A stretch of DNA of 64,000 bases, from the NCBI RefSeq assembly GCF_009914755.1, contig NC_060942.1, one strand, 5' to 3'. Source of the stretch: the human T2T-CHM13v2.0 reference genome, Homo sapiens. Below are positions 13,978 to 30,580 of the stretch, in pieces. The position numbers and the translations under genes are program-made. Every line of letters begins with the position of its first letter. The stretch's first letter is position 1. Under the pieces are notes generated by a model. That model worked only from the letters and a program-made list of their open reading frames with translations, was not told the origin of the DNA and searched no databases.

Positions 13978-14876
13978 GTCAGCAAGGCCTCAAGATGTCA
14001 GATAATTAAAAATATAGATTTAAAAGACATGGTTAATACACACTCTATAATCTACCACATAGAAGATATACCATATAGCTTCTCTGGAATTCTGTCACCT
14101 CCCCAGGGAGTCCCAGGGCATAGGAAGAAGGTCCTCTTTGCCCTGGAAACCCTGAGCATGTGTGCCCTCCCAGTTAGGGAGTGCCCAGTCCCTCTTTAGA
14201 GCACAGGCTTTTCGCTCTAATCCAATCCTGCCTGGTGAGCTTTCACAGCATATCTGGTGGCTCACTGTCTGAAGAGCCTGAATCATTGGCAATCCCTGAA
14301 ACTAGTGACCCTTTCCTCGAGATGAGGGAGGGTTTAATCTGCCATGAGAGGAGGAAAATTTTTTCGTTTCATTCCTCTAGTGCAGCAAAATAGGGAAGAT
14401 AAAAACAGAACAGTTCAGATTTTACATTTGAACTGTTCAGATTTTACATTTAAAATCTGACTATTTATATTCTGTCACACATATACACATATATGTTGTA
14501 TATATGTAATGTTGACATCAGAGAAATACAAAGATAAATAGTAATGTAAATATCCCTAACCATTCTTTAAGGCCTACCTCAATTGCCACGCTTTGGCTTT
14601 CTCATTTATTCTGTCCTCCTTCCAGTAATGTTAACTTCTCCCTCTTTTTGTTCAATAGTGCTTGGTCATGCCTCTTTTAGATCACTTTTCATTCTGAATT
14701 ACTGTTATTTGTATGTATATATGTGTCTTCTGCTACAATGGTCATCTTTATGTGAAAACCCAATATTTAGACAGAGAGTAGGAACTTTTAAAAAGAAAGG
14801 ATGAAATGGATGTGATTTCCTCCAAAAAGTAATAACATTAAATAATAAAAGAGAAATCCTCTGATTTTGCCTTTCA

Positions 14877-15288
<412 letters not shown>

Positions 15289-15650
15289 AGTCATCACTTA
15301 CTTAGGGGAGAGTCAGTCACAAGCACTCCCAGCAATGAAGACTAATTCTAGCTATGCCTGTGAGGTAAAAACTGATTCAGAGCCACGTGGATGAGGAGAG
15401 AAAAGAGAAGGTAAGGGACTGTGGACAACAGACTAGAGAAAAACTGAAGCGTGAGGAAGCAGATGTACTCAGTGGTAGATTTGTGAGCTTCTCTGTTACT
15501 CATCCCTGAAACAGGCCTTGAAGATGTTTCTGTCCATCTGTAGCTGGAAGCCCCTATATGAGTTCTAGACTCTGTCCCTAGGAAGAAATAAAGATCCTCC
15601 CTAGGACCAGTTCTGTAATTCTGGACCTATTTCAGTAATAAAGAATATGA

Positions 15651-15975
<325 letters not shown>

Positions 15976-16578
15976 TGGAAATGTGTATTTTATAGATGTG
16001 GTAGATGGGGAAGCCAAGTTTAATATCCTTTAATATTTAAACTAAATAGAAGCTTCTCTTTGGAACTATGGCCAAATGGAGATTTTTCTTCATGTTACTA
16101 TGAACTTTTATGTCACATCCAATGTCTTCTGGCTTGCAGCTCTGATGAAGTAGCATAGATTCTGAGTTGGTAGAAAGGTTGTAAGAACAATGTAAAGAGT
16201 AGCCAGAGTGGGTTAAAAATTCTGTGCCATTCTCTCTAAGCCTGAGTCTTTTAGTTTTGATTAAAAAGAGCACAGTGAATGAATTACTTAGATCCCTTCC
16301 TAAGGGGCTTGCTGGCTTAGAGACCACACTGATAAAACAAGAAAGATTAACTACACTCCATTTCTGATATGTGGCCCAGACTCTCTTTGGGTGAATGACG
16401 AGGCCTAGTTTTGGTTACACAGACGACTGAGTAGATTTTTCAGGTGAGAACAAGTGGAAAAGGCAAGAATACAGTATATGATGTATCTAATGGTAATTTT
16501 TATGTATATTATCTAAAAATAATGGCATAAATGGGCATGCCTATCTTTAGTTTCTTGGTATAAAAATGGGATAAAATA

Positions 16579-16928
<350 letters not shown>

Positions 16929-17394
16929 CTAAAGCAAAGTAAAATTTATAAACATTAAACTTTGACTGTCATCAGTACTTTTAATATAACTTTAATTTTT
17001 ACATTGGGGCTAAGTAGAAAATAAATATTCCATTAAGTATTGGTTCCATTTATGCTCTGTAACTTTTCAGTTCTGCTCACTCATTATTTGTAGTGTTTGA
17101 AGACTTAAGGAGATAGGGTATAAACATTTGTCACTTTGGTCTATTCTGCCTTCAAGTAGCAAAGCCTAGATTATCTGCAAACTTTAATCACCGTGGCTAG
17201 GTCTTTATCTGTGCCTTGCAACTGGCTGATTCTGTCCCTCTAGTCATGGTCCTGGATTCCTACCACATTGGATAACTTCCTTCCTAGAGCAGGGCATTCC
17301 TCTACCCAGCCACCAGGACAACAACCTGAGGAGAACCCTCGGTGGAGGCAGAGCTCTCCTTTTCATCAGGTTGATCACTTGGTGATCGCCATGA

Positions 17395-17755
<361 letters not shown>

Positions 17756-18390
17756 ATATTGAGTTCCCACATTTTACAATCATTCACAGTGCTTGATACA
17801 ATCACTTTTTGTCCTGAAGGAGTTTTGCCTGCTTTTTTATTAGAACCATATTTTTATTATCCAACCTCAGAGATAAAATACTTGCAGAAATTCTACCCTA
17901 TCATGTTCACATCAATTTGCAAATTCCAGATACTTCTGGATATATACAATATTAATTCCACGCCATTTAAAGGACCCTTTCATCTAAGTCTCAAGTTGGC
18001 TGTTTGTAGTAATGTCAGACTTTCAGAAGAGGCCCCTGATAATGTAAATTGGTGTTCTTTTAATTACCATCATTCTTGCTTCTCATAATGTGAGCCTTCC
18101 ATCTGGGTTCTAGATGGAAGGTACTAGTTTTTGGTGAAGATTGGAATTGAATCAAATGGATGGTTTGTTGACCAAACGATGAAAAAACAAGATAATCAGA
18201 AAAATTTGTGTAAATTTTTAAAGTGTGTTTCCTCCCTCCCCCCAAAGTGAATGAAAATACTTATTAAGTAAGGGATCATTGCATTCTACTCATACCCATG
18301 TATGAGACTTTAATTAAACAATTTTCTGCTATTAGATATGTTTCCAGCTTTAACCTATAAAGACTAACATTATGCTGCATATTCATGATT

Positions 18391-18507
18391 GCTGTTTCTG
18401 TTTAAAGTTAATTTTTTAAAGCATTAATCAAAATACTTAATGTTATGCTATTTCTGTTTTAAAGCTCTTATTTTTTTAAAGCATTAATCAAAATATTTCA
18501 TGTTATG
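18391..18507. repeat. Diverged ~58-bp tandem duplication (2 copies)
   Basis: GCT(G/A)TTTCTGTTT..AAAG..TTTTTTAAAGCATTAATCAAAATA..ATGTTATG occurs twice in tandem. Confidence 0.85.
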
Positions 18508-19669
18508 AACATAACATTTATTAAATGTAGAATTTTAAGGAAATGTGCCTAGGAAAAAAGAAGAGATGAAAAGTTGTTCATAATACCACTACTTCTAATG
18601 CTTTGGGGTTTTAGTATACCTATTTCCAGAATGCAAAGTATTCCTGTAGGATGAGTGAGATCTTGTGATACGCAACAAGCTATAAATTATATATGCAAAG
18701 TAGATAAAATTCCTCATTAAATAGTAAGCTTCCATTATTTAAATTTTAGCAAACGTTTAAATTATATCTATAAAAGTCATCTCTCTATATTTCATCTCTA
18801 TTTCTCCCCAAGCCCCTGAAGCCCAGTAAAATTTATTTTAGATGTGGTTTATAATGTTTGGAATGACAGCTACCATGAATATAAGCAGATATTCATTAAA
18901 GAACAAAGGCTAGCAATCAAACGATTTTGAGATCCCTGAAACTGAATTCTAAAATTTCCTGGGCAAAGATGAAGTAATACAAACCCCCCAAACCTGCCCA
19001 ACCTGGCCAGAGATTTCCCAAATGTCCCTGGGAACTCAGAGCTGCTGCTGCGTTGCCGACTAGTCCAGAGGCAGATCACTGGCTCACAGGAACAAGAGAC
19101 AAGGCTGATGTGTCCCCAACTAGGGATTGCTCTTCCGTATGCATCAAGCGATGCTCGCTTTCCTCTTCCCTCCAGCAAAATGTCCAAAAGGGAGATTATG
19201 CCTGACTTATCTACTACAGCTTTTTAGAGTAAATAATGAAAAAGCTGAGAAATAACTAATAGATCCTATTAATTTGAATCTTCAAAATAAAGTCTGACAG
19301 TTTCACAACAAAGGCAAATGAGCTATCTCAGGTTGGGGAGGTGGGCTGTGATACCTGGTCATATTAAAAAAATCTTATTAGCATCTAAAACAGTTTTGGA
19401 ATAAATAAGCAGGTTTAGTCCTGCATGACTCAGAACTGACACTGATCTTATTTTACATTTTACAAAGGTTTGAAAAGGGAGAGAACATGCTAAGACATCC
19501 AGCGCACACCTGACATCAGGCTCCTCTGCGCACCAACATGCTGAGCCAAGTGGAAGCTACAAGCAGATCTTTTAAAGCAGAAATGAGCCATTGAAAGAGC
19601 TTCAGTGTTGGTAAGCATAAGCAGACAAATGTAGGGAATAATGAGGTAAACTGTGCTTATTGGATTATG

Positions 19670-19860
19670 GATTCACAATAGAGTATTTCTAGCATCTTAC
19701 TTTGTGCTGGGCACCCTGTTAGATGCTGTCACACATTTTTTTTTTAAACATAATCCTCAAAACAAATGCTGCAAAGTCATTTATACTCATTTTACATATA
19801 AAGAATCTGACATTGGAAAGTGTAAGTTACCCAAGGCCAAAGCCCGCACAAGAGGCAGAG
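19670..19860 (-). mobile_element. MIR SINE
   Basis: TACTTTGTGCTGGGCACC...CTCATTTTACATATAAGAATCTGAC...TAAGTTACCCAAGGCCA is the MIR core. Confidence 0.65.
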
Positions 19861-20516
19861 CCATCCTGGAGCACAGCCTTCATGGGCCACTGAGTTAGAA
19901 TCCAAGGAGAGGTGTGGAAAGGGCTATAGACTTCACTCCGTAAACTCTGGCATAGCTTTTACTGTAGCAAACACTGTTAATACATTATTTTAGACATAAT
20001 TATGAAAAATGTTAGAAAATAAATACAAATTACTACCCTAGCCTAATAACACAGCACTTTTTTTATATTTAGAATTGTACGTGTGATCTTAACATACAAC
20101 TTTTCCAAAAAGAGATGTGCCAGACTTGGAGAAGTTCCAGTGATCAGCAATAAAAACAAATCTGCTCCTAGCAAGTGGTTCCTGATTAACTCAGTGCATC
20201 CTGATAATATGCTGCTCGGCAATATCATCACAGCTACACAAAAGCTCAAGTTCCATAACACTATAATATTCTTGCATATAAATGTTAACTTTGAACTTTT
20301 CTGTTTTCTCTGAAACAGGAAATGAAGATCTGCTGTTTTTTTTTTTTTTTTTTTTTTGTCCCCTCGTCCTACCTGCATCTATTTCCAGTTATGCCTTCCT
20401 TTTGGGGAACCTCTCCGCCTGCTATAACCCAGTCCCACCTTGTCAGTATGCAGCGATTGGCTCAGAAGTAGCCCTGTGACTCAGGTTTTCAAATCAGCAC
20501 CATTCACATTACCTGG

Positions 20517-20992
20517 TGTATTAATTTCCTGGGGCTGCTGCAACAAATTACCACAAACTTGGTGGCATAAAGTAACTGAAATTATTCCCTTGCATTTCTG
20601 GAGGCCAGGAGTCTGGAATCTGTTTTAAGGAGCCAAAATCAAGTTGTCAGAGGGCCACGCTCCCTCCAGGGGCTCTAGGGGAGAGTCTGTTCCTTGCTAA
20701 TTCTGTTGGCTGCAGGCATTCCTTTACTTGTGGCCCCATCACTCCTATCTCTGCCTCAATAGTCACACTGCCTCCTCCTGTTCTGTGTGTGGGGTCTCCC
20801 TCTGCCTCTCTCTTATAAAGACATTTGTGATTGCATTTGGGGGACATCTGCAATATTCAGATTAAATCTCCCAGGTCAAGAATCTTAAAGTAATCACATC
20901 TTTGAAGACTGCTTTTTCCTCATACGGTAGCATTTGCTTGTTCCAGGATTAGAACTTGATATCTTTGGGTGACTGTTATTCAACTAATTATA
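20517..20992 (-). mobile_element. MLT1B/C MaLR solo LTR, nested in an older MLT1-like LTR (~20370-21290, +)
   Basis: TGTATTAATTTCCTGGGGCTGCTGCAACAAATTACCACAAACTTGGTGGC...CTCTCTTATAAAGACATTTGTGATTGCATTTGGG. The flanks carry GTAAGCCAGTAAATTCCCTTTCTTGCTTAAG. Confidence 0.8.
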
Positions 20993-21333
20993 CTTAGGCA
21001 GAATTAATGAGACGAAATATTGTTTCTTTTATTCTGGATGTGGGCTCTGACTGTGTGAGTCTGCAGATATATTGCTATTAACAGGAGAGTACCTACCAGC
21101 AAATAGGATCAGCAGAGGGAGAAAGTAGATAAGCAAGACAGAGAGAAACAGGGGCCTGATGACATCATTGTAGGATTCAAGCCGACCGAAGTGAGGCCAA
21201 TGTCTGGACTACAAATTACGTAAGCCAGTAAATTCCCTTTCTTGCTTAAGACGTTTTTTGTTTTTCTTTTTGCAAACATAAAGCCTAATATAAGTTACAT
21301 CTTCACTATTAGACTAAAACTTCTGGAAAAGTA

Positions 21334-21469
21334 CTCACATTAGGTCCATTCATAATCTTAGGGATTTTGGAAATTTTGTATTTAAACCCAATGCTCTGGA
21401 ATACCCACATGTGCATTTTATGAACAGTTACTTTGAGTCGAAGACAGAGTCCAGGTCTTCCTGAGAATT
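21334..21469 (+). repeat. Copy 1 of a ~140-bp local dispersed duplication
   Basis: Aligns by eye to 22936-23077. Shared block CAATGCTCTGGAATACCCA(C/T)ATGTGCATTTTAT. Confidence 0.9.
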
Positions 21470-21879
21470 CTTGTGAGGTTTATTTTTCCTCTTTCCATTG
21501 TCCAAAGATGTTCCTTATCCTGGCCTTTCATCTTGTTTTTCTTTTAGCATCACCTGACTCCCACTCCATTTCTCTTTTTTTCTCACCTCAAAGGTCTCCT
21601 AATTGAAATGTGCTGAAGCAATTGAAATGTGGTACCTTGGCAAATTACTGTCAGACACTGTGGCCTTTGGACCAGCTAGAAGCTTGTCACGAAAGGTGAC
21701 AGTGTATGTTGGTGGAAATTTAGAAAAAAGAATCTCGTAAGAAATTTTACTTTGGTAAAGCTGTTTCTATGAAAAGAAAATTTTAAGAAGAGATAGGTTG
21801 TGAAATGGGGAAATGCATCTATTGACAGCTAAATTTTTCACATGAAATATTCTGAGCATATAAAATAAAATATACCTTG

Positions 21880-22690
21880 CAGATACAGAGATTTGGGGTA
21901 ATGTTAAATAACGTAGGTTTCAAGATTTAATTTCAAGGAAGGCAGCTTTACAAGCCTTTCTTATGGAGTTTCTATTAACAAGATGGGGAAGCCTGGGCTG
22001 AATGGTTAGACATGTGGCAGGTGTGTGGCCAGGTGAAAACTCGATCGAAGAGGGCGACAACTATTGTTCATGCAGAAAGGGGTCTTTAGGGATGTGCCTA
22101 CACCTCTCTTTCCTTTAATGTGTTTCTTAATAACTTCAGTAAGGCCAGAAGTGGCTTGTTTACAAATCCAAGCATGACACTAGCTGGGGGAGACACAGAT
22201 TAACATATTAAAAGATTAAATCCAAAATGAACCCGAAAACCTGGATCTTGAACTAAATCTAATAAGACCAACCTTAAGTGGCCTCTGCCCTAGGTTAACA
22301 TTCAAATTCACAAACAAAAGATGGGGAAACTATGGCTTAACAATACTTTCAAAACAAACAAACAAAACCCAACATTTTTGGTTAACTGCTTGCTAGATCA
22401 ATATCAGCCAAAAATGTAAAAACATTGCCAAATAGTTAACTGGATCTTGGTGCTCTGGTAGACCACAGTCCAGAATCTGGGGAAAGATGCCACCTCTCAA
22501 CTCCACACCTGCCTCTGTGCTTTCAGTGAGAAACAGGCAGACGGATTTGTTCAAAGGACAGTGACCAGATGATCAATGGCAGGAAGCCACACCATCCAAG
22601 GAAGCACTGAAAGAACAAGGACTCTTGGGAAGAAAAATTAGTATTCCCACATGAGTCATGGTATGTGTTTTCAAAATTTTAAACCATACG
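21880..22690 (+). mobile_element. L3/CR1 LINE remnant
   Basis: Degenerate CR1 RT-region motifs (ATGACACTAGCTGGGGG...AAGATTAAATCCAAAATGA; GTTCAAAGGACAGTGACCAGATGATC). Confidence 0.5.
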
Positions 22691-22935
22691 GAGTCCTAGG
22701 GCCCCTCTCTGAAATTTAGATTCAGTAGTTAGGGAGGAGATTTTCGTAAATGATCCTTCCACAAATCTCCCCAGATGATTATGATGATCAAACAGATTAT
22801 TTTTAAAAAAAACCTAGATTATATGACTTCTAGAGTGGCTTCCAACTCTTCTATGCTCCTAAAAATTTTCATTTTCCAAATAACTGTGTGTGTGCGCACA
22901 CATACACGCGTTGTGTGTGTGTGTTTTATATGTAT

Positions 22936-23077
22936 CTCACATTGGGTCTATTAACAATCTTAGGGACTTTTAATATTTTTTATTTAAACTCAATGCTCTG
23001 GAATACCCATATGTGCATTTTATTACTATGAATATTTACTTTTAGTCAAAGGTAGAGTCAAGTTGTTCCTGAGAATT
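22936..23077 (+). repeat. Copy 2 of the ~140-bp duplication, flanked by (TG/CA)n and (TA)n tracts
   Basis: See copy 1. Flanking simple repeats at 22885-22924 and 23085-23165. Confidence 0.9.
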
Positions 23078-24570
23078 TTCAGGAATATATATGTCTATAT
23101 TATATATAATATACATATTTATGTATATATAATGTATAATGTATATATAAAAATATATTTTATAATCCTCCTTAAAATTGTTTTATCCTCAAATACGTAT
23201 TATATGCTTACTTTTTGCTGAATACTGAGTTAAATATTACAGGGTAGTGCTACTGCTTCTCAAACCCTGCTCACACCCCAGCCCCCAATCTCATGAAGGT
23301 CTTTAGGAAATGCACTGCCAACTCCCAGCCTCAGAGACTCTGTAAACATAGGGCAGGGCCTGGGAATCCATCATTTCTAAAAAGCTTCAGTGATAAAAGG
23401 CTTTCCAAGTTTGAAATCACTCTGATGCAGGGAACAAACTAGGGAAAGAAAATGGGATCAGTTCCTATCCTGGCACCAGAAAAGCTTTTCTCATGTCTAA
23501 GTGTGAGGCTTTTCATTTACTAAAGCATTTTGTCTTTTATAAATTGACAAGTTTGATTTCAGGGGCTTCAAGGGAGGAAATGATGCCGGTAGAAGCAACG
23601 GTTAGAAAGACTGACTGACATCAGTAGGTTAGTCAGTTACGGTTCTGCCTCACCAGGTGTGGTGGGTGTCAACACGTGACACAGGAGGCTCGGGGACCAG
23701 ATCTGTCATTTGTGCTCCTTAATTGTTTCTCGGGGTTTCATTGCGTCACGGCCATTACTGCTAATGGAAGTTGTGTGCACTCAGCGAGGGACGAGACCCC
23801 TGATAATTGTAGGATTCTGTGTTTGAAAAGTAAAGGCACATTTAATGTTTTACACTTTCGATAAGTCTTCCTGTCAGCCTTATTAATTTGCTCTTATTTT
23901 GGTAGTCACTGTTCTTTCATATGAGTAGTTATTTTAAAATGAGAAAGGAACCTAAATTAGCATTATACATTTTAAGATGTACATTTGCTTCCATCATAAA
24001 CTTTAATTTATACTTTGGACAAATAATTGTAACAGTTGCTATAAAATCAGTTATTTAATAATAGTTTTTACCACTATATTGAATGCAGCAGGAGACAGGC
24101 TTAATGGCCTCGTGTCCACAACAAATTTCCAGCTATTATTGGAACATCCATGCCTTTGAAAACTCCACAGGCCAGCCAAATTCCTACTGATTGCATTATT
24201 CAAATCTTGCTAAAGACTAGTTCATCACGTGCACACAGTAGTTTTTTATTGAATACATCTGTTTCTCCAACCTCAATTTATTTCGCTTTCTCAGATTTAT
24301 ATCACTATAAAAACTACTGTTATTTTCAATAGAATAATTTTCCATAATCATATTTGTGCCCCTTCATGGGACATCTGCAATTCAGTTTTAAATTCAGTTC
24401 AATTTGGTGGGTAAATGAAATACACTTAATATTTGCATTTGTAGTAGTTAACATAAGATTTCAAGGGGGGAAAAAAAAAGCAAATTTTAGACATACGCCA
24501 AGATAGTTAAGTAAGAAAATTTCAACTGGACTATGTGAGAGAAAATGTAAAATAAAAAATACCAAAGTAC

Positions 24571-24865
24571 GGCTGGGACCCGGGGCTCACGCCTGTAATC
24601 CCAGCACTTTGGGAGGCTGAGGTGTGTGGATCACAAGGTCAGGAGTTTGAGACCAGCCTGGCCAGCATGGTGAAACCCCGTCTCTACTAAAAATACAAAA
24701 ATTGGCCAGGCGTGGTGGTGGGTGCCTGTAGTCCCAGCTACTCAGGAGGCTGAGGCAGGAGAATCGCTTGAATCCAGGAGGCAGAGGTTGCAGTGAGCCA
24801 AGAGAGCACCACTGCAATCTAGCCTGGGGGACAGAGCGAGACTCCGTCTCAAAAACAAAACAAAA
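24571..24865 (+). mobile_element. AluS (Sg-like) SINE
   Basis: Full Alu. TSD CAAAGTAC on both sides. Confidence 0.95.
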
Positions 24866-25241
24866 CAAAGTACAACTTGATCTCTCGTTTTGGCAACTTG
24901 CTTTTTAAAATTATGTTCCATTTTCTTAAAAGTATGAATATAGCTTCGAGTTCCTAAACGTAAGATAACTTTGATTATCTGAATTTAAGAAACTCTGAAA
25001 TTATTAAATCCAATTAAGTGAAATACTCAAATCATCTAATTTATTTTTGTATTTTCTGTAATACCCAGTGTAGCACTTTGCACATGGAAATAGAAGGCAA
25101 CATGTGAGTGGATAAATGTAAGGATTTTTTTCAGGAAATTATTAAATCTTCTTGAACTTGAATCATTGGTTTAGTGGCATCAATTTTTGACAAATCAAAT
25201 GGTTCTCAATCTTTAAAAATTTGCAATACCTAAAAATAGTA

Positions 25242-25790
25242 TGCAGAAGTAAATGAAGACCAACCAAATGAGAACAAGCAAAAGATATTTATACAGAGCC
25301 TGTTATAGGAAAGGAGTCGGCCACCATCACTTGTATTTTGCCAAGACTCAAAGGCAGGGAGAGGAGTGGGAAGACTTTATAGTGGAGAAAAGGCAGGCTC
25401 CAGGTGTGCTCTGATTGGAGGCCACTGGCCAGGGAAATTGGAGGCTGCTCACTGGGAGCAGAGCATCCTATGTGATTGGTTTGGGTTGTATATTTGGCTT
25501 TCTCTGATTGATCCTAAGTTGGAAGGAGGGACAAAAATTAGGAAAGCTGTCAGTTATTAATCAAGTTCTGGACTTTTGGGGCTGAATGCTACAGACGTTA
25601 TTTTTTAATTTCCTGTACCGGTTGCTAGAGAGAGTAGTCCGATTTCCTATAGGTCAGAGTTACATCAGGCTGCTTTCACGGACTGGTTAACATAGAAAAC
25701 TATTTGGCTTCCCCAGCTGGTTGCAGGAGATTGTGCATCAAAGTTATATTTTTATATATATTCTGGCCACTGTTCATTTGTAGATTCAGT
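25242..25790 (-). mobile_element. MER31-like ERV solo LTR
   Basis: GAAGACCAACCAAATGAGAACAAGCAAAAGATATTTAT...CCACCATCACTTG...GACTCAAAGGCAGG...CTGATTGGAGG, with several reverse CCAAT boxes. Family from memory. Confidence 0.65.
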
Positions 25791-26631
25791 ACCTTGAGTG
25801 CTTAGAAATGGGGCAAGTTGTATAATCCAATGAACAAAGAAAAAATTCAAGGTGAGAACTTATAATTTTGTCCCTTGTGCCAAAAATGTAGTTTGGCAAT
25901 TTAGTTGACTTTTTAGGAAATTTAGTTTATAGTTGTATTAAAGTTACATATGTACAAAATCTCTAGTAATGAATGCAGTATCCACAACCCAAACACACAC
26001 ATATGCATTTCCCCTTCTGAGAGATAGTCACCTTCAACTTTGTTGGCCATTTACGTTGGTATTGACCTTCATATCTCTAACTGTCATGTTTATACTGTTA
26101 ATTTAGGACTTTGCCATTGACTCCCACCTTGGGAGATGAGAATTCAGCTCTTTATTTTTCTACCACCCCTCACCACAACCACTCCCATACTGCAGAAACA
26201 CCACACTTCTGTCCTCTCAATAGAGTTGTATGATACTTTTGGTCAGAGAAATATTCATTGTTAACATTATTATGACAACTAATGCTGTTCACAGCTGAGA
26301 TACTATTGTATAAGGTGATAACATTTCCTTTCCTTCCTAACATTTTAGGTTAATAATAGACTTGTTTTTTGCTGGCTTAAGTTGCTAAGCATCTAATTTC
26401 TACCACCAATTCATTCTGAATTCTACCCACAAATATTTATATCTCCTCATAGTATGCCTAGTGTATTAAGTATTCTGTCAATTTCATCTTCGTGATGACG
26501 TCTCTCATGGATCCTCTGATCCTATCCAGTTTTCACTAACTTTTCTGCACAGCTCTCACCCGTATATTATAATACCTGAGAACTTTTTTTGCCTCTATTA
26601 TGTTGAATCTCTTGTATCCCAAATTCTATAC

Positions 26632-26921
26632 TTTTTTTGAGACAGGGTCTCTCTCTGTCACCAAGGCTGGAGTGCTGTGATACAATCACGACTCACTGCA
26701 ACCTAGACCTCCTTGGCTCAGATCATCCCACCTCAGCCTCCTGAGTAGCTAAGACCACAGGCATATGCCATCACCCCTGGCCAATTAAAAAAAAATCTTT
26801 TTTAGAGATGGAGGTCTCACTGTGTAGGCCAGCCTGCTCTCAAACTCGTGGGCTCAAGTGATCCTTCTGCCTCGGGCTCCCAAAGTGCTGGGATTACAGA
26901 TGTGAGCCACTGCACCTGGCC
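26632..26921 (-). mobile_element. AluJ SINE
   Basis: GAGACAGGGTCTC, GGGCTCAAGTGATCCT. Confidence 0.9.
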
Positions 26922-27014
26922 ATATTTATTTTTTATTAGGGATTTTCCTCAGTTTTCTTGTGGGGGCAGGGTCTCTGGTTTTCTACTCATATTTAAAAGT
27001 GGGCATTATTTTAT

Positions 27015-27907
<893 letters not shown>

Positions 27908-27944
27908 TGTATGTGGAGGGGAAAAGGCTGACTGTCAGCATTCT

Positions 27945-30580
<2,636 letters not shown>

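Larger units (their letters stand above)
10567..14040 (-). mobile_element. MER74-like ERVL solo LTR in three pieces (10567-10905, 12572-12656, 13983-14040)
   Basis: The pieces join into one continuous LTR when the two insertions and one TSD copy of each are removed: GATTGGATGGTTGG|CATATGAAAG and GGGTCAG|CAAGGCC. It ends GGTTAATACA (TGTATTAACC on the minus strand). Family name from memory. Confidence 0.7.

Noticed and set aside
13279-14199. ORFs of 61-149 aa in the THE1 internal region
   Set aside because: Degenerate MaLR internal sequence and its antisense frames. No intact gene.
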